From an uncultured archaeon (GTDB taxonomy: Archaea; Asgardarchaeota; Lokiarchaeia; Sigyniarchaeales; Promethearchaeaceae): a DNA stretch of 32,000 nt. This document shows positions 17,121 through 25,802 of this stretch, piece by piece. Position 1 is the stretch's first letter, and every line of letters starts with the position of its first letter. A program made the position numbers and the translations under genes. Location: assembly GCA_964426185.1 (NCBI GenBank), contig CAYRPF010000024.1, positions 1-32,000 on the forward strand, given 5' to 3'. The notes under the pieces are model-generated. The model was not told the origin of the DNA, ran no database searches, and saw only the letters and a program-made list of their open reading frames with translations.

Positions 17121-17173
17121 TAGAAGTTCTTCAAAAATGAAATGCTTCATAAAACGAAGTTAAAAAAATGAAG

Positions 17174-18262
17174 TTATAACTTCATAATATAACCTTTCAT
17201 TACAAATTCATCCAAAATATCTGGAACCCTGCTATAGTCAAACTTTAAAAGCTGTTCAGCTGCAATTTTACGTAATTCATCAATTAAGTGCTTTAGAGTA
17301 ATGGTTTTTTCTTTTCTTAAGGTTCTTAAAGTGTGTTTCTCTAAGATATCTGGAAGCATTTCCGCTTGTCGGATATGAGTGTCATCATTATACATAAAGA
17401 GCGTTTTATCATCCAATTTCAAAACGATTTCCGCTTCACCCTCTGGTTTTTCCAGCTTTTCAACACTTTCATTCCGATCTCTCATTAATTGAATCAATTC
17501 AGGCGTGAAATATTCAGCTTGTCGAGGATATTTTTTTCGGAGCACTTTTTGAATTTTCTCTGTTTTTTGGAGATTCTCTACCTTAATTTCCTCAGCAAAC
17601 TTGGAAAGATAATCAAAGAAATTCTTTGCATATACAATCTGCAATTTTGGTGGTGTTTTTTTAATCATATCGAAGAGAAATTCTAGAGGTTCTGTGGTTA
17701 TTGAACTAAATGGCTTCTGAACAACCAACTTATAGGCTACATTATAAATTGTATATTTCTTCAATTTTTCTTTGTGTTCGTCATTATATTCAAGAAATTT
17801 ATCTGCATGAAATATTTTTGCATTCCGTGCCACATCAGGAAATATTTTGGCTAAATAAGTGAAAAGAACGCAAAAACGTTCGGAATCAGTCTCATTTTCA
17901 ATTAGGAGAAAGGGACTTCGGATAAAACCACCAAATAATAATACCCGTAAATCATCTTCACTGATAAATTTCATGATATTAGAATAGGTGATATTAAATT
18001 CGTCTGCACGGCGGAGAATATCGTTTTTTAGATTTTCAACTTTCTTTTCTTCATCCATTAATGAAAATTCTAATACTAAATAATCACGTACATCAAAATT
18101 CTTATCCACATATGCGTAGAAAGCATCCTCACAAATCATTCCAGCAGGTATGAATACGCTTGTGGCACCAGTTTCTTTTTTCTGAATAACATCAACTGGA
18201 ACAGGAATTCTTCCTGATCTTCCACACACAGGACAAATTACGGTAATTTTTCGTTCGCTCAT
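17174..18262 (-). CDS. Hypothetical protein with N-terminal CxxC Zn-binding-like domain and C-terminal winged-helix-like domain
   Basis: ICPVCG...MICEDAFYAYVDKNFDVRDY N-terminus; C-terminus ends ILDEFVMKGYI. ATG 18262 is preceded by GGGTG. Confidence 0.65.
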   Translation of the reverse strand: MSERKITVICPVCGRSGRIPVPVDVIQKKETGATSVFIPAGMICEDAFYAYVDKNFDVRDYLVLEFSLMDEEKKVENLKNDILRRADEFNITYSNIMKFISEDDLRVLLFGGFIRSPFLLIENETDSERFCVLFTYLAKIFPDVARNAKIFHADKFLEYNDEHKEKLKKYTIYNVAYKLVVQKPFSSITTEPLEFLFDMIKKTPPKLQIVYAKNFFDYLSKFAEEIKVENLQKTEKIQKVLRKKYPRQAEYFTPELIQLMRDRNESVEKLEKPEGEAEIVLKLDDKTLFMYNDDTHIRQAEMLPDILEKHTLRTLRKEKTITLKHLIDELRKIAAEQLLKFDYSRVPDILDEFVMKGYIMKL

Positions 18263-18351
18263 AGGCACCCACACTTTTTCAATTGGCGTTTAGATCGTTC
18301 TTACTATACTATTATACGCTTAGCGGTTATAAAATTTCGTTTTAGGAACTC

Positions 18352-19752
18352 TCATAAATTAGAAAAACGTGAATTATAATTATTGAGAGAACGACTGATT
18401 TTGGGAATTGCTTCTGTATATGAAGTTAAAACACCAATAAAAGGTTGTTCGGTAATAGACTTCAACAATGGTTGCAAAATTGAAAATATTTCATGACGAC
18501 ACTCCAAATTCCCTTCAGCCAAAAGTGAAATATAATAATCATTAATACGGGAAAAAATAATAAAACGATATTGTTGAAATCCTAAACGAACAGAAATCCA
18601 ATCCGGCATCATCAGTGTGTTTGCAAGAGTATTAGCTGCAATAGCTTCTACTTTGGCAGTAATAATTGCTTCTTGTAGTTCCATACGATCTTCAAAATCT
18701 TTTGAATCTTCTTCTGATCTTGGGGGAAGATCTTCAAATTCCAGAGTGGTGGTAATTAATTTTGATATAATGCCAATCGATTGATAACTCAAACCAAAAT
18801 AATCGACCCGCATTTCTTGTGAAAGCATTTTCAAAGGTTTAGGAGTGAAGACATCATTTAATTCTATCATAGTTTCTAATAAATACTTAATTTTTTTCTG
18901 GAATTTTTGAGAAATTTCGTATTTTGCGATTTTATTAAATTCATCCAGTGGCTTATTTCTAAAATAATCTTTCACTGAAATATTGATTTGTTGAAGCAGC
19001 CATTGAGCCTTTTTTTCGGGGATTTTCCCATAAATGATCAAAATTAATTCGTTTTCTTCTGCAAAATAACAGATTTCTTGTTCATCGCTTGTAGGAGATT
19101 TGAGAAGCATTCTATCCAAATTTCCACTTAAAATTGAAGTGGCTATGTATTCCAAATTAATAGCTAAATCTAAAAGATAGGTAAATGTATCATTCAAACT
19201 GAAAATTTCTTCTCTATTTTTTGAAATAATTCCGATATATTTAATATATTCATCTGCATTGCCAAGCTGAATTTTTTCTTGTTCAACTTGCAATCGGGTT
19301 ACTTTTGTTGAAATTTTTACTCTCGCAATAGAAGAATCGATTTGTGAGGTTTTAACTTGAAAATTTTTCACTATAGCAGGAGTGAGCTTTTTTACAGAAG
19401 TAGAAGCAATCGAACTTGCAACAATATCCGGATTTTTTTGAATTCTGAGAGATTTTAAGAACGATATTCGAGCGGATGAAACCTCCGAAGAAGATTTCTT
19501 TTTAGATGAAGTTAATTTTATAGGAGGAGCAAAGTTTTTAGAAGGAGTAAAATTTCCAGAAGGAATTTTAGATTTTTGATTGGATGATTTATTTTCTTTG
19601 ATGGTTGAATTATGGAGAAAAAGAGATGGAGGAGCAGGTTTTTGTGATAAACTTAGTTTTTTATTGCAAAATGGGCAAATTCTAACATTTTTATTGGGGA
19701 GAGTTTTTCCACAATAGGGGCAATCTTTTTTGGAATCTGGTAAATGAAACAC
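18352..19752 (-). CDS. Hypothetical protein: Zn-ribbon, basic disordered linker and two putative longin/roadblock-like domains
   Basis: CPYC...CPFC N-terminus, Ser/Lys/Pro-rich linker and two alpha/beta segments. GTG start with AAGGAG SD and upstream TTTTTATA box. Confidence 0.65.
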   Translation of the reverse strand: MFHLPDSKKDCPYCGKTLPNKNVRICPFCNKKLSLSQKPAPPSLFLHNSTIKENKSSNQKSKIPSGNFTPSKNFAPPIKLTSSKKKSSSEVSSARISFLKSLRIQKNPDIVASSIASTSVKKLTPAIVKNFQVKTSQIDSSIARVKISTKVTRLQVEQEKIQLGNADEYIKYIGIISKNREEIFSLNDTFTYLLDLAINLEYIATSILSGNLDRMLLKSPTSDEQEICYFAEENELILIIYGKIPEKKAQWLLQQINISVKDYFRNKPLDEFNKIAKYEISQKFQKKIKYLLETMIELNDVFTPKPLKMLSQEMRVDYFGLSYQSIGIISKLITTTLEFEDLPPRSEEDSKDFEDRMELQEAIITAKVEAIAANTLANTLMMPDWISVRLGFQQYRFIIFSRINDYYISLLAEGNLECRHEIFSILQPLLKSITEQPFIGVLTSYTEAIPKISRSLNNYNSRFSNL

Positions 19753-19772
19753 GACGTTTACTCCTTCTTCGC

Positions 19773-19851
19773 TATGATTAATAATTTCGTTGGAGATATA
19801 AAAATGTTAACCTTATGCTCTCTTCATTATGATTAATAATTTCGTTGGAGA
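19773..19851. repeat. Exact 24-bp direct repeat TATGATTAATAATTTCGTTGGAGA at 19773-19796 and 19828-19851
   Basis: Read directly; 31 bp separate the copies, and the second copy contains the GGPP synthase stop codon. Confidence 0.9.
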
Positions 19852-20819
19852 GAAATTTGGGTTAGTAATTGCAAACGCTTTTTCCCATCGTGAGATGGAA
19901 GATGTTCAAGATTATTTAAGGCATTTTGGATGAAAATATTCGCCATGTCTCGAGCTTTTTCAATTGCCCCACTGGACTGGATTAATGAAATACCTCTCTC
20001 TATTTGTTTTTCTGTCAAGTTATTATTGACTAAAAGTCCTTCTAATTCATTTTTTTCAGACGAATTTAGTAAGGAAAGAGCCGCCAGTATGACATAACTT
20101 TTTTTACCCTGACGCAAATCGCTCCCAATCGGTTTCCCAAATTTTTCATCTCCAATAATACCCAAAATATCATCAACAATTTGAAAACCGATCCCAAAAT
20201 TCATACCAAATTGACTCAAAGCATTACAGATGTCCGGGTTGGCACCTGCCACAATCGCCCCTGTCCGAGCACTTAAAGCAAGCAAATCACCTGTTTTTCG
20301 GGAAACCATATCTAAATATTCATCCACGCTGACATCATTCCGTTTTTCAAATTGAAGATCCATTGCTTGTCCTTCACATATTCGGATCAAGGTTGCAGAA
20401 AAATCTGAAATAATTTTAATTTTTAGGGATGAATTTAAGGATGATCGCGTGATAATCAAAAACACTAATGATTGCAGGGAATCTCCTGCCAAAATGGCAA
20501 TATTTTCTCCCCATTTTGTATGAACAGTAGGAAATCCTCGACGGAATTCATCTTTATCCATAATATCATCATGAATTAATGTAAAAGTATGCAAAATCTC
20601 AACAGCTGAAGCAATTGGAATGATTAAAGAATTCTCATCATTAAATATTGAAAAAACAGTGGTCATAATATATGGTCTAATTCTTTTACCACCAGCATTA
20701 AAAAGATGCCGACTTGCCTCAGAAAGTTTAGTATTGCTAAATTTTACATGGATTTGGATGTAATTATTAACCATTTCAACAATTTTAGCAATATCATTTT
20801 GTAAATCAGTATTTGTCAT
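19833..20819 (-). CDS. idsA: Short-chain polyprenyl (geranylgeranyl) diphosphate synthase
   Basis: GGKRIRP, FTLIHDDIMDKDEFRRG (FARM with upstream Phe), GQAMD, KTG, FQIVDDILG, GSDLRQGK. Confidence 0.92.
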   Translation of the reverse strand: MTNTDLQNDIAKIVEMVNNYIQIHVKFSNTKLSEASRHLFNAGGKRIRPYIMTTVFSIFNDENSLIIPIASAVEILHTFTLIHDDIMDKDEFRRGFPTVHTKWGENIAILAGDSLQSLVFLIITRSSLNSSLKIKIISDFSATLIRICEGQAMDLQFEKRNDVSVDEYLDMVSRKTGDLLALSARTGAIVAGANPDICNALSQFGMNFGIGFQIVDDILGIIGDEKFGKPIGSDLRQGKKSYVILAALSLLNSSEKNELEGLLVNNNLTEKQIERGISLIQSSGAIEKARDMANIFIQNALNNLEHLPSHDGKKRLQLLTQISLQRNY

Positions 20820-20831
20820 TTAATTATCTCC

Positions 20832-21929
20832 TTAAATATTTTTTATTTGAATTTTACGCTGTACTATCCAATCACTTAGTGGAGGAAGATAAACTTTCGG
20901 AATACCCGCCAAATCAGAGAGTTTCTGGACACCAGTAAGCATCATGAAAATTTTCAATTCGGAATTCAGCTGTTCACCTAACTCTTCAAGAGCTGATGAA
21001 CCCTTATTAGCCGCTTTTAGAAATGGTAAAGCCAAACCGCAGAGATCTGCACCTAAGCTTATTGATATCCCTATATCTCTACCAGAACGAATACCGCCAC
21101 TCGCAATTAATAATCCGGTCTTCGGTAAAACAGATCTAACTTCTAAAATACTTGCTGCAGTCGGAATTCCCCATGAACTGAAAGTATTGCCTATTTTTGT
21201 AGCCATTTTAGAATCACGATCTTGATTGCGCCTAGCTTCAATACGAGTAAAATTCGTACCTCCAAACCCTGCAATGTTAAAACAATCAAATCCTTGTTTT
21301 ATCAGCCTTTCCGCAAATTCTCGGGACATTCCCACTCCCACTTCCTTAAAAATTATGGGAATTTGTAAATAATCACTTAATTGTGAAATTTTAGCAAGTC
21401 CATCTTTGAAATTTAATGGTTCTTGTTGTTGAATTAATTCTTGTAAAACATTTAAATGAACACATAATCCATCGGCTTCTATTACATCCAGAATTTCAGA
21501 AATTGGAGTAAATGATTCCATTTGTAAGATCTGAGAAATCCCTATATTTCCTAAAACTATTCCGTCAGGATTTGATTTTCGAACGATGCGAAAACTTTCA
21601 AGGTGGCTATCCGGTTTTAACATGATTCTTTGGCTACCTACACAAATAGGTAACGATTTTTGAGCTGCAAATTCCGCTAAATTTTTATTTATTGTATAGG
21701 AAGTTGAAGTACCGCCTGTGAGTGCATCAATTAAAATTGGCGCAGATATAGTTTTCCCTAAAAATGATGTTTGTAGATCGATATCGGAAAAATTTAACTG
21801 TGGAAAAGGTTCATGCACTACATTAACTCGATCCAACCAAATATCGCCAGAGGAATAACCGTCATTTTCAATTGCAAGTCTAATGTGTTCTTCTTTTCTT
21901 TGATATATCGTTGGATCTTCGTTAACCAT
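20832..21929 (-). CDS. fni: Type 2 isopentenyl-diphosphate delta-isomerase
   Basis: RKEEHI, ALTGG, VGSQR, HLNVLQE, KEVGVG, GGTNF, WGIPT and ASGGIRSG motifs; adjacent to GGPP synthase. Confidence 0.95.
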   Translation of the reverse strand: MVNEDPTIYQRKEEHIRLAIENDGYSSGDIWLDRVNVVHEPFPQLNFSDIDLQTSFLGKTISAPILIDALTGGTSTSYTINKNLAEFAAQKSLPICVGSQRIMLKPDSHLESFRIVRKSNPDGIVLGNIGISQILQMESFTPISEILDVIEADGLCVHLNVLQELIQQQEPLNFKDGLAKISQLSDYLQIPIIFKEVGVGMSREFAERLIKQGFDCFNIAGFGGTNFTRIEARRNQDRDSKMATKIGNTFSSWGIPTAASILEVRSVLPKTGLLIASGGIRSGRDIGISISLGADLCGLALPFLKAANKGSSALEELGEQLNSELKIFMMLTGVQKLSDLAGIPKVYLPPLSDWIVQRKIQIKNI

Positions 21930-22023
21930 ATTCTAAAATGAGATTGCTTCTAATTATAATCTTTTGGTTGCTAAATTATTGAAAAAAAGGGAGAAATATT
22001 CATGAAAATAGATAAAAATTAAT

Positions 22024-23346
22024 CTAATTCCTTAAAATTTCCCACATATGTTGAACCCGTTGATTAATTAAGGCTTGGGTTCCAATGTCCGTGCGATGAA
22101 AGAGTTCTCCATGAATATATTGGGTTGCATTTTCAGCGATTTCCTCTGCTTCTTCAATGGAATCAGCGATACCTAACACTGCAATAGCTCGAGAAGTAGA
22201 TGTAAAGATTTTCCCATCTTCTTCACTGACTGAAGCATAGTAGATTTTTGCTCCGATTTTATTTAATCCTTCTTTATCAATTTGTATTTCACTATTTGCT
22301 TTCGGATTTGTGGGATAACCTTCAGGAACTAAATACTTGCATACAGTAGCCTTATTTTCAAATTCAATATTTGACTGTAAGGTTCCATTTAGTATTCTTT
22401 GACAGATCTCTACAAAATTCGATTTAATTATAGGAAGAATGTTCATTGCTTCAGGATCTCCAAAGCGGATGTTAAATTCTACTACTTTTGTTCCTTTCTT
22501 AGTTTTCATGAACTGTCCGTATAAAAATCCCTTATATTTCACACCAGTTTCTAAATGAACCGATTTTACTACTTTTTCCAGCTGTAATCGAGCATATTCT
22601 ACATCATTGGCATTCACAAACGGTAGAAGATGATTTTCATAAGAAATTGAACCCATTCCGCCGGTATTTGGTCCTTTATCGCCGTTATAAGCTCTTTTAT
22701 TATCTTGAACTAATGGAGTACCCACCACATGATCTCCGTCAACAAAACATATATAAGTAAATTCTTCTCCTTCTAATTTCTCTTCGATTACCACGCGCCC
22801 ATTATGATTAAAAATTTCTTGACAGTAATCGTATATTTCTTCTTCTGAATGAAGATGGTCTCCCCAAACTTTTACACCTTTTCCACCAGTTAATCCATCG
22901 GGTTTCACCACTACATTCTCTTTTCCAATTTTTGCTACAAATTCTGGAATTCCATCCATTTTTATGAATGTTTCAAAGTTAATATTTGATTCAATGTTGT
23001 GTTTTTTTAATAATTCCCGGGCAAAAATCTTAGAACTTTCCAATTGTGCGCATTCAATGGTAGGTCCAACAGTAGGAATCCCTTGTATCTTTAATCCATC
23101 AACAATTCCTACGGCTAAAGGTGCTTCCGGACCTACTACAGCAAACTCTACCTTATTCTTTTTTCCAAAGGTGGAAATTTCAGAAAAATTGGTTAAATCT
23201 CCCAGTTTTACGTTGTCATTACAGAGCTTAGCAATACCGGGATTACGTTTCGACATAAATGCACATAGTTCTGCACCCCCTTTTACCAAAGCTTCTGCTA
23301 AAGCATGTTCCCGGGCACCATTTCCAATTAGAAGTACACGTGTCAT
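22024..23346 (-). CDS. purD: Phosphoribosylamine--glycine ligase
   Basis: GNGAREHAL, VGPEAPL, LESSK, VKPDGLTGGKGV, GPNTGGMG, EFNIRFGDPE, HRTDIG. Start at ATG 23346. Confidence 0.97.
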   Translation of the reverse strand: MTRVLLIGNGAREHALAEALVKGGAELCAFMSKRNPGIAKLCNDNVKLGDLTNFSEISTFGKKNKVEFAVVGPEAPLAVGIVDGLKIQGIPTVGPTIECAQLESSKIFARELLKKHNIESNINFETFIKMDGIPEFVAKIGKENVVVKPDGLTGGKGVKVWGDHLHSEEEIYDYCQEIFNHNGRVVIEEKLEGEEFTYICFVDGDHVVGTPLVQDNKRAYNGDKGPNTGGMGSISYENHLLPFVNANDVEYARLQLEKVVKSVHLETGVKYKGFLYGQFMKTKKGTKVVEFNIRFGDPEAMNILPIIKSNFVEICQRILNGTLQSNIEFENKATVCKYLVPEGYPTNPKANSEIQIDKEGLNKIGAKIYYASVSEEDGKIFTSTSRAIAVLGIADSIEEAEEIAENATQYIHGELFHRTDIGTQALINQRVQHMWEILRN

Positions 23347-23467
23347 AATTATCAAAGCACGGGAGATCTCAAAAATTCTTCTCTCCTCTAGTTATTAATC
23401 GATTAATATCACTATCCACAATTGATCTATAATTTTATGAATGCAAAGCATTGAATAGCTATTGATA

Positions 23468-24241
23468 ATGAAAATAATATCCTGGAATGTTAACGGTTTA
23501 AATGCGGCTTTAAAGAAAGGATTGATGGAATTTATCGAAGAAGAAAAAGCGGATGTTTATTGTTTTCAAGAAGTGAAAGTTACTGAAAAGACCTTAGATT
23601 CTACCTTTCTTTCTAACCCATTAATAAAAGATTATAAAATGTATTGGAATCCCGCCCAAAAAAATGGATATTCAGGTACTATGGTGTTATCGAAAATTTC
23701 CCCAAAAGCGGTAATGTACGGATTAAATGATGAAGATCTAGATTCTGAAGGAAGAATGATTACAGTTGAATTCGATAAATTTTTTCTCTTGAATGGCTAT
23801 CTTCCAAATGCAGGATATGGATTGAAACGTTTGGATTTTAAATTACGCTATAATAAAGCATTATGGAACTTTCTAGATGAACTGAAGAAGGAAAAGGGAG
23901 TAATTTTATGCGGAGATCTCAATGTCGCCCATGATGAGATTGATTTAGCTAATCCAGCATCGAATAAGAAACATGCAGGTTTCACCCAAGAAGAACGTGA
24001 TGCATTTAGTGAACTTCTAAATCGTGGATATAAAGATACTTTTCGTCATTTTACAAAAGAAGGAGGGCATTATACTTACTGGTCTTATCGTACAAAAGCC
24101 AGAGAACGCAATGTAGGATGGCGTCTAGATTATTTTGTTGTGAATAAGGAATTTTTCCCTTATGTTAAAAAAAGTGAGAATTTAGAATCAATTTATGGAT
24201 CTGACCACTGTCCTATTCGTCTCACCTTGGATCTCAAATAG
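23468..24241 (+). CDS. xth: Exodeoxyribonuclease III / AP endonuclease
   Basis: ISWNVNG, QEVK, GYSG, EGR, YLPN, GDLNVAH, YTYWSYR, GWRLDY and GSDHCP motifs. Confidence 0.97.
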   Translation: MKIISWNVNGLNAALKKGLMEFIEEEKADVYCFQEVKVTEKTLDSTFLSNPLIKDYKMYWNPAQKNGYSGTMVLSKISPKAVMYGLNDEDLDSEGRMITVEFDKFFLLNGYLPNAGYGLKRLDFKLRYNKALWNFLDELKKEKGVILCGDLNVAHDEIDLANPASNKKHAGFTQEERDAFSELLNRGYKDTFRHFTKEGGHYTYWSYRTKARERNVGWRLDYFVVNKEFFPYVKKSENLESIYGSDHCPIRLTLDLK

Positions 24242-24279
24242 TCATTCAGATTTTTCTGAGAAAGAAAGTGTGATAGTGT

Positions 24280-25266
24280 TTGGAGTTGAGAAATATTCGG
24301 ATATTTTGTATTGGTTCGGTAAATTGGGATGGAATAATTTCTTTCTCCGGAGTAAAACAAGAATTTTTGGGAGGTAGCGCCGCGAATACTTGCATTTATC
24401 TGAAAAAATTGTTCAAAAGATATCCTTTAAATGAGAAGATAAAAATTAATTTAATTGCTGCTATTGGAAATGATAAAAACGCTGAAAAAATACGAGAATC
24501 TCTCGAACAGATAGGAATTTCTCAAAATTATCTAATATCATGTGATGGTGCATCAGGTAAAACCAAAATTACTTTAGATTCAGCTGGTGAACGCCGGATT
24601 GAACGATATCCTTCAGTTTCGTCGCAGCTCGCTGAAAAATTAAAAATTTCACCATTTTCATCCCAGTTGAAGAATTCGATAATTCACTGCAATCATTCAT
24701 TTCAAACACTGGCTACAATTGCCCAGTTTAATTCGAACCTCTTTTCGGTAGATATTAGCGGATTTTTACCTAAAGATAATATAAAAACTGAAACCATTAA
24801 GAATCGATTTTCGGCTGAATTTGACCAGATATTTCCAACAATTACTTTAAAAGCAGTTTTTGGGAATCTTAACGAATATTCTAACTTGCTTTTTCTGTTA
24901 AGATACATTACTGAACCTGCTACATTTATAAAAGCCAGTATTCCTCAAAGGGTAAGTATATTGCGAAAATTAAAGAAAAAGCTAAATACACAAATACTTT
25001 TTGTTAAAATGGGAAAAGATGGCGCTATTATCCTTAATGATGATGATTTTTTTGTGGCAAAACCACCCCATGGACAAAAAATACTAGATACTACCGGTGC
25101 AGGGGATATTTTCAACGCAGGAGCCATATTTGGATTGTTATTTTCTTTTTCTCTTGTAAAAATTCTGAAGATTTCCGTTCATTTAGGTACATGGAAATGT
25201 GCTTTTCTGGGTGCACAAAATTTTCCTATCGAAACTTCTAATTTATTATCCAGAATTTTACATTAA
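24280..25266 (+). CDS. PfkB-family carbohydrate/nucleoside kinase
   Basis: GGSAAN, IGND, N..E, VKMGKDG and DTTGAGDIFNAG signature. Confidence 0.9.
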   Translation: MELRNIRIFCIGSVNWDGIISFSGVKQEFLGGSAANTCIYLKKLFKRYPLNEKIKINLIAAIGNDKNAEKIRESLEQIGISQNYLISCDGASGKTKITLDSAGERRIERYPSVSSQLAEKLKISPFSSQLKNSIIHCNHSFQTLATIAQFNSNLFSVDISGFLPKDNIKTETIKNRFSAEFDQIFPTITLKAVFGNLNEYSNLLFLLRYITEPATFIKASIPQRVSILRKLKKKLNTQILFVKMGKDGAIILNDDDFFVAKPPHGQKILDTTGAGDIFNAGAIFGLLFSFSLVKILKISVHLGTWKCAFLGAQNFPIETSNLLSRILH

Positions 25267-25451
25267 ATCGAGATAATATTCAGATGAGATCCTGATTATA
25301 GATCTTATTATATTTTCGTGTTCAATCAAGAATTTAGCATAAATATTTCCCTCTTTTTTCTTTAATTATGAAATTCAATCTAATTTTTCAACTTTAATTT
25401 TTCAAAGAACACAAAATTTTAAGAAATTTAATTGCAAAATAACATATAATT

Positions 25452-25802
25452 ATGGAATCAATTCAAGAATTTGTTTTAGCTAATCTAAATTACATCTATC
25501 TAGGAATTTCCTTGGGTATTATCTTCTTGCTGTTCAATTCATTGACTAGACGCAAATATCGACCACTTTTTCATTCATTATTCTTTCTCTGCACCGCATT
25601 TATAGTTACCTTTCTAATCAACGATATTTTCATCATTATTTTACTTCCATTTTTCATCCTATTTATTTTGAATATCTTCAATGATAGAATTTTTCAAGAT
25701 TTAGTTACTATAGAAGAAAACCAAATTTTTGAATCCAGAAATCCCCTCGTTTGGGAACAATTTGACACTCCGCCTGAGTTAAAACAAGGAGGAAAATCAT
25801 AA
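25452..25802 (+). CDS. Small membrane protein (~3 TM)
   Basis: Three hydrophobic segments; translationally coupled (TAATG) to the next gene. Confidence 0.7.
   Translation: MESIQEFVLANLNYIYLGISLGIIFLLFNSLTRRKYRPLFHSLFFLCTAFIVTFLINDIFIIILLPFFILFILNIFNDRIFQDLVTIEENQIFESRNPLVWEQFDTPPELKQGGKS

Noticed and set aside
19773-19851. Repeat-spacer-repeat geometry (24/31/24 bp) resembling a minimal CRISPR array
   Set aside because: Only two copies, one overlapping a coding 3' end; no cas genes or leader in the window.
19833-21929. fni/GGPP synthase as a prenylation system for the nearby Rab-like GTPase
   Set aside because: These are standard archaeal lipid genes, the GTPase has no C-terminal Cys, and no protein prenyltransferase is present.
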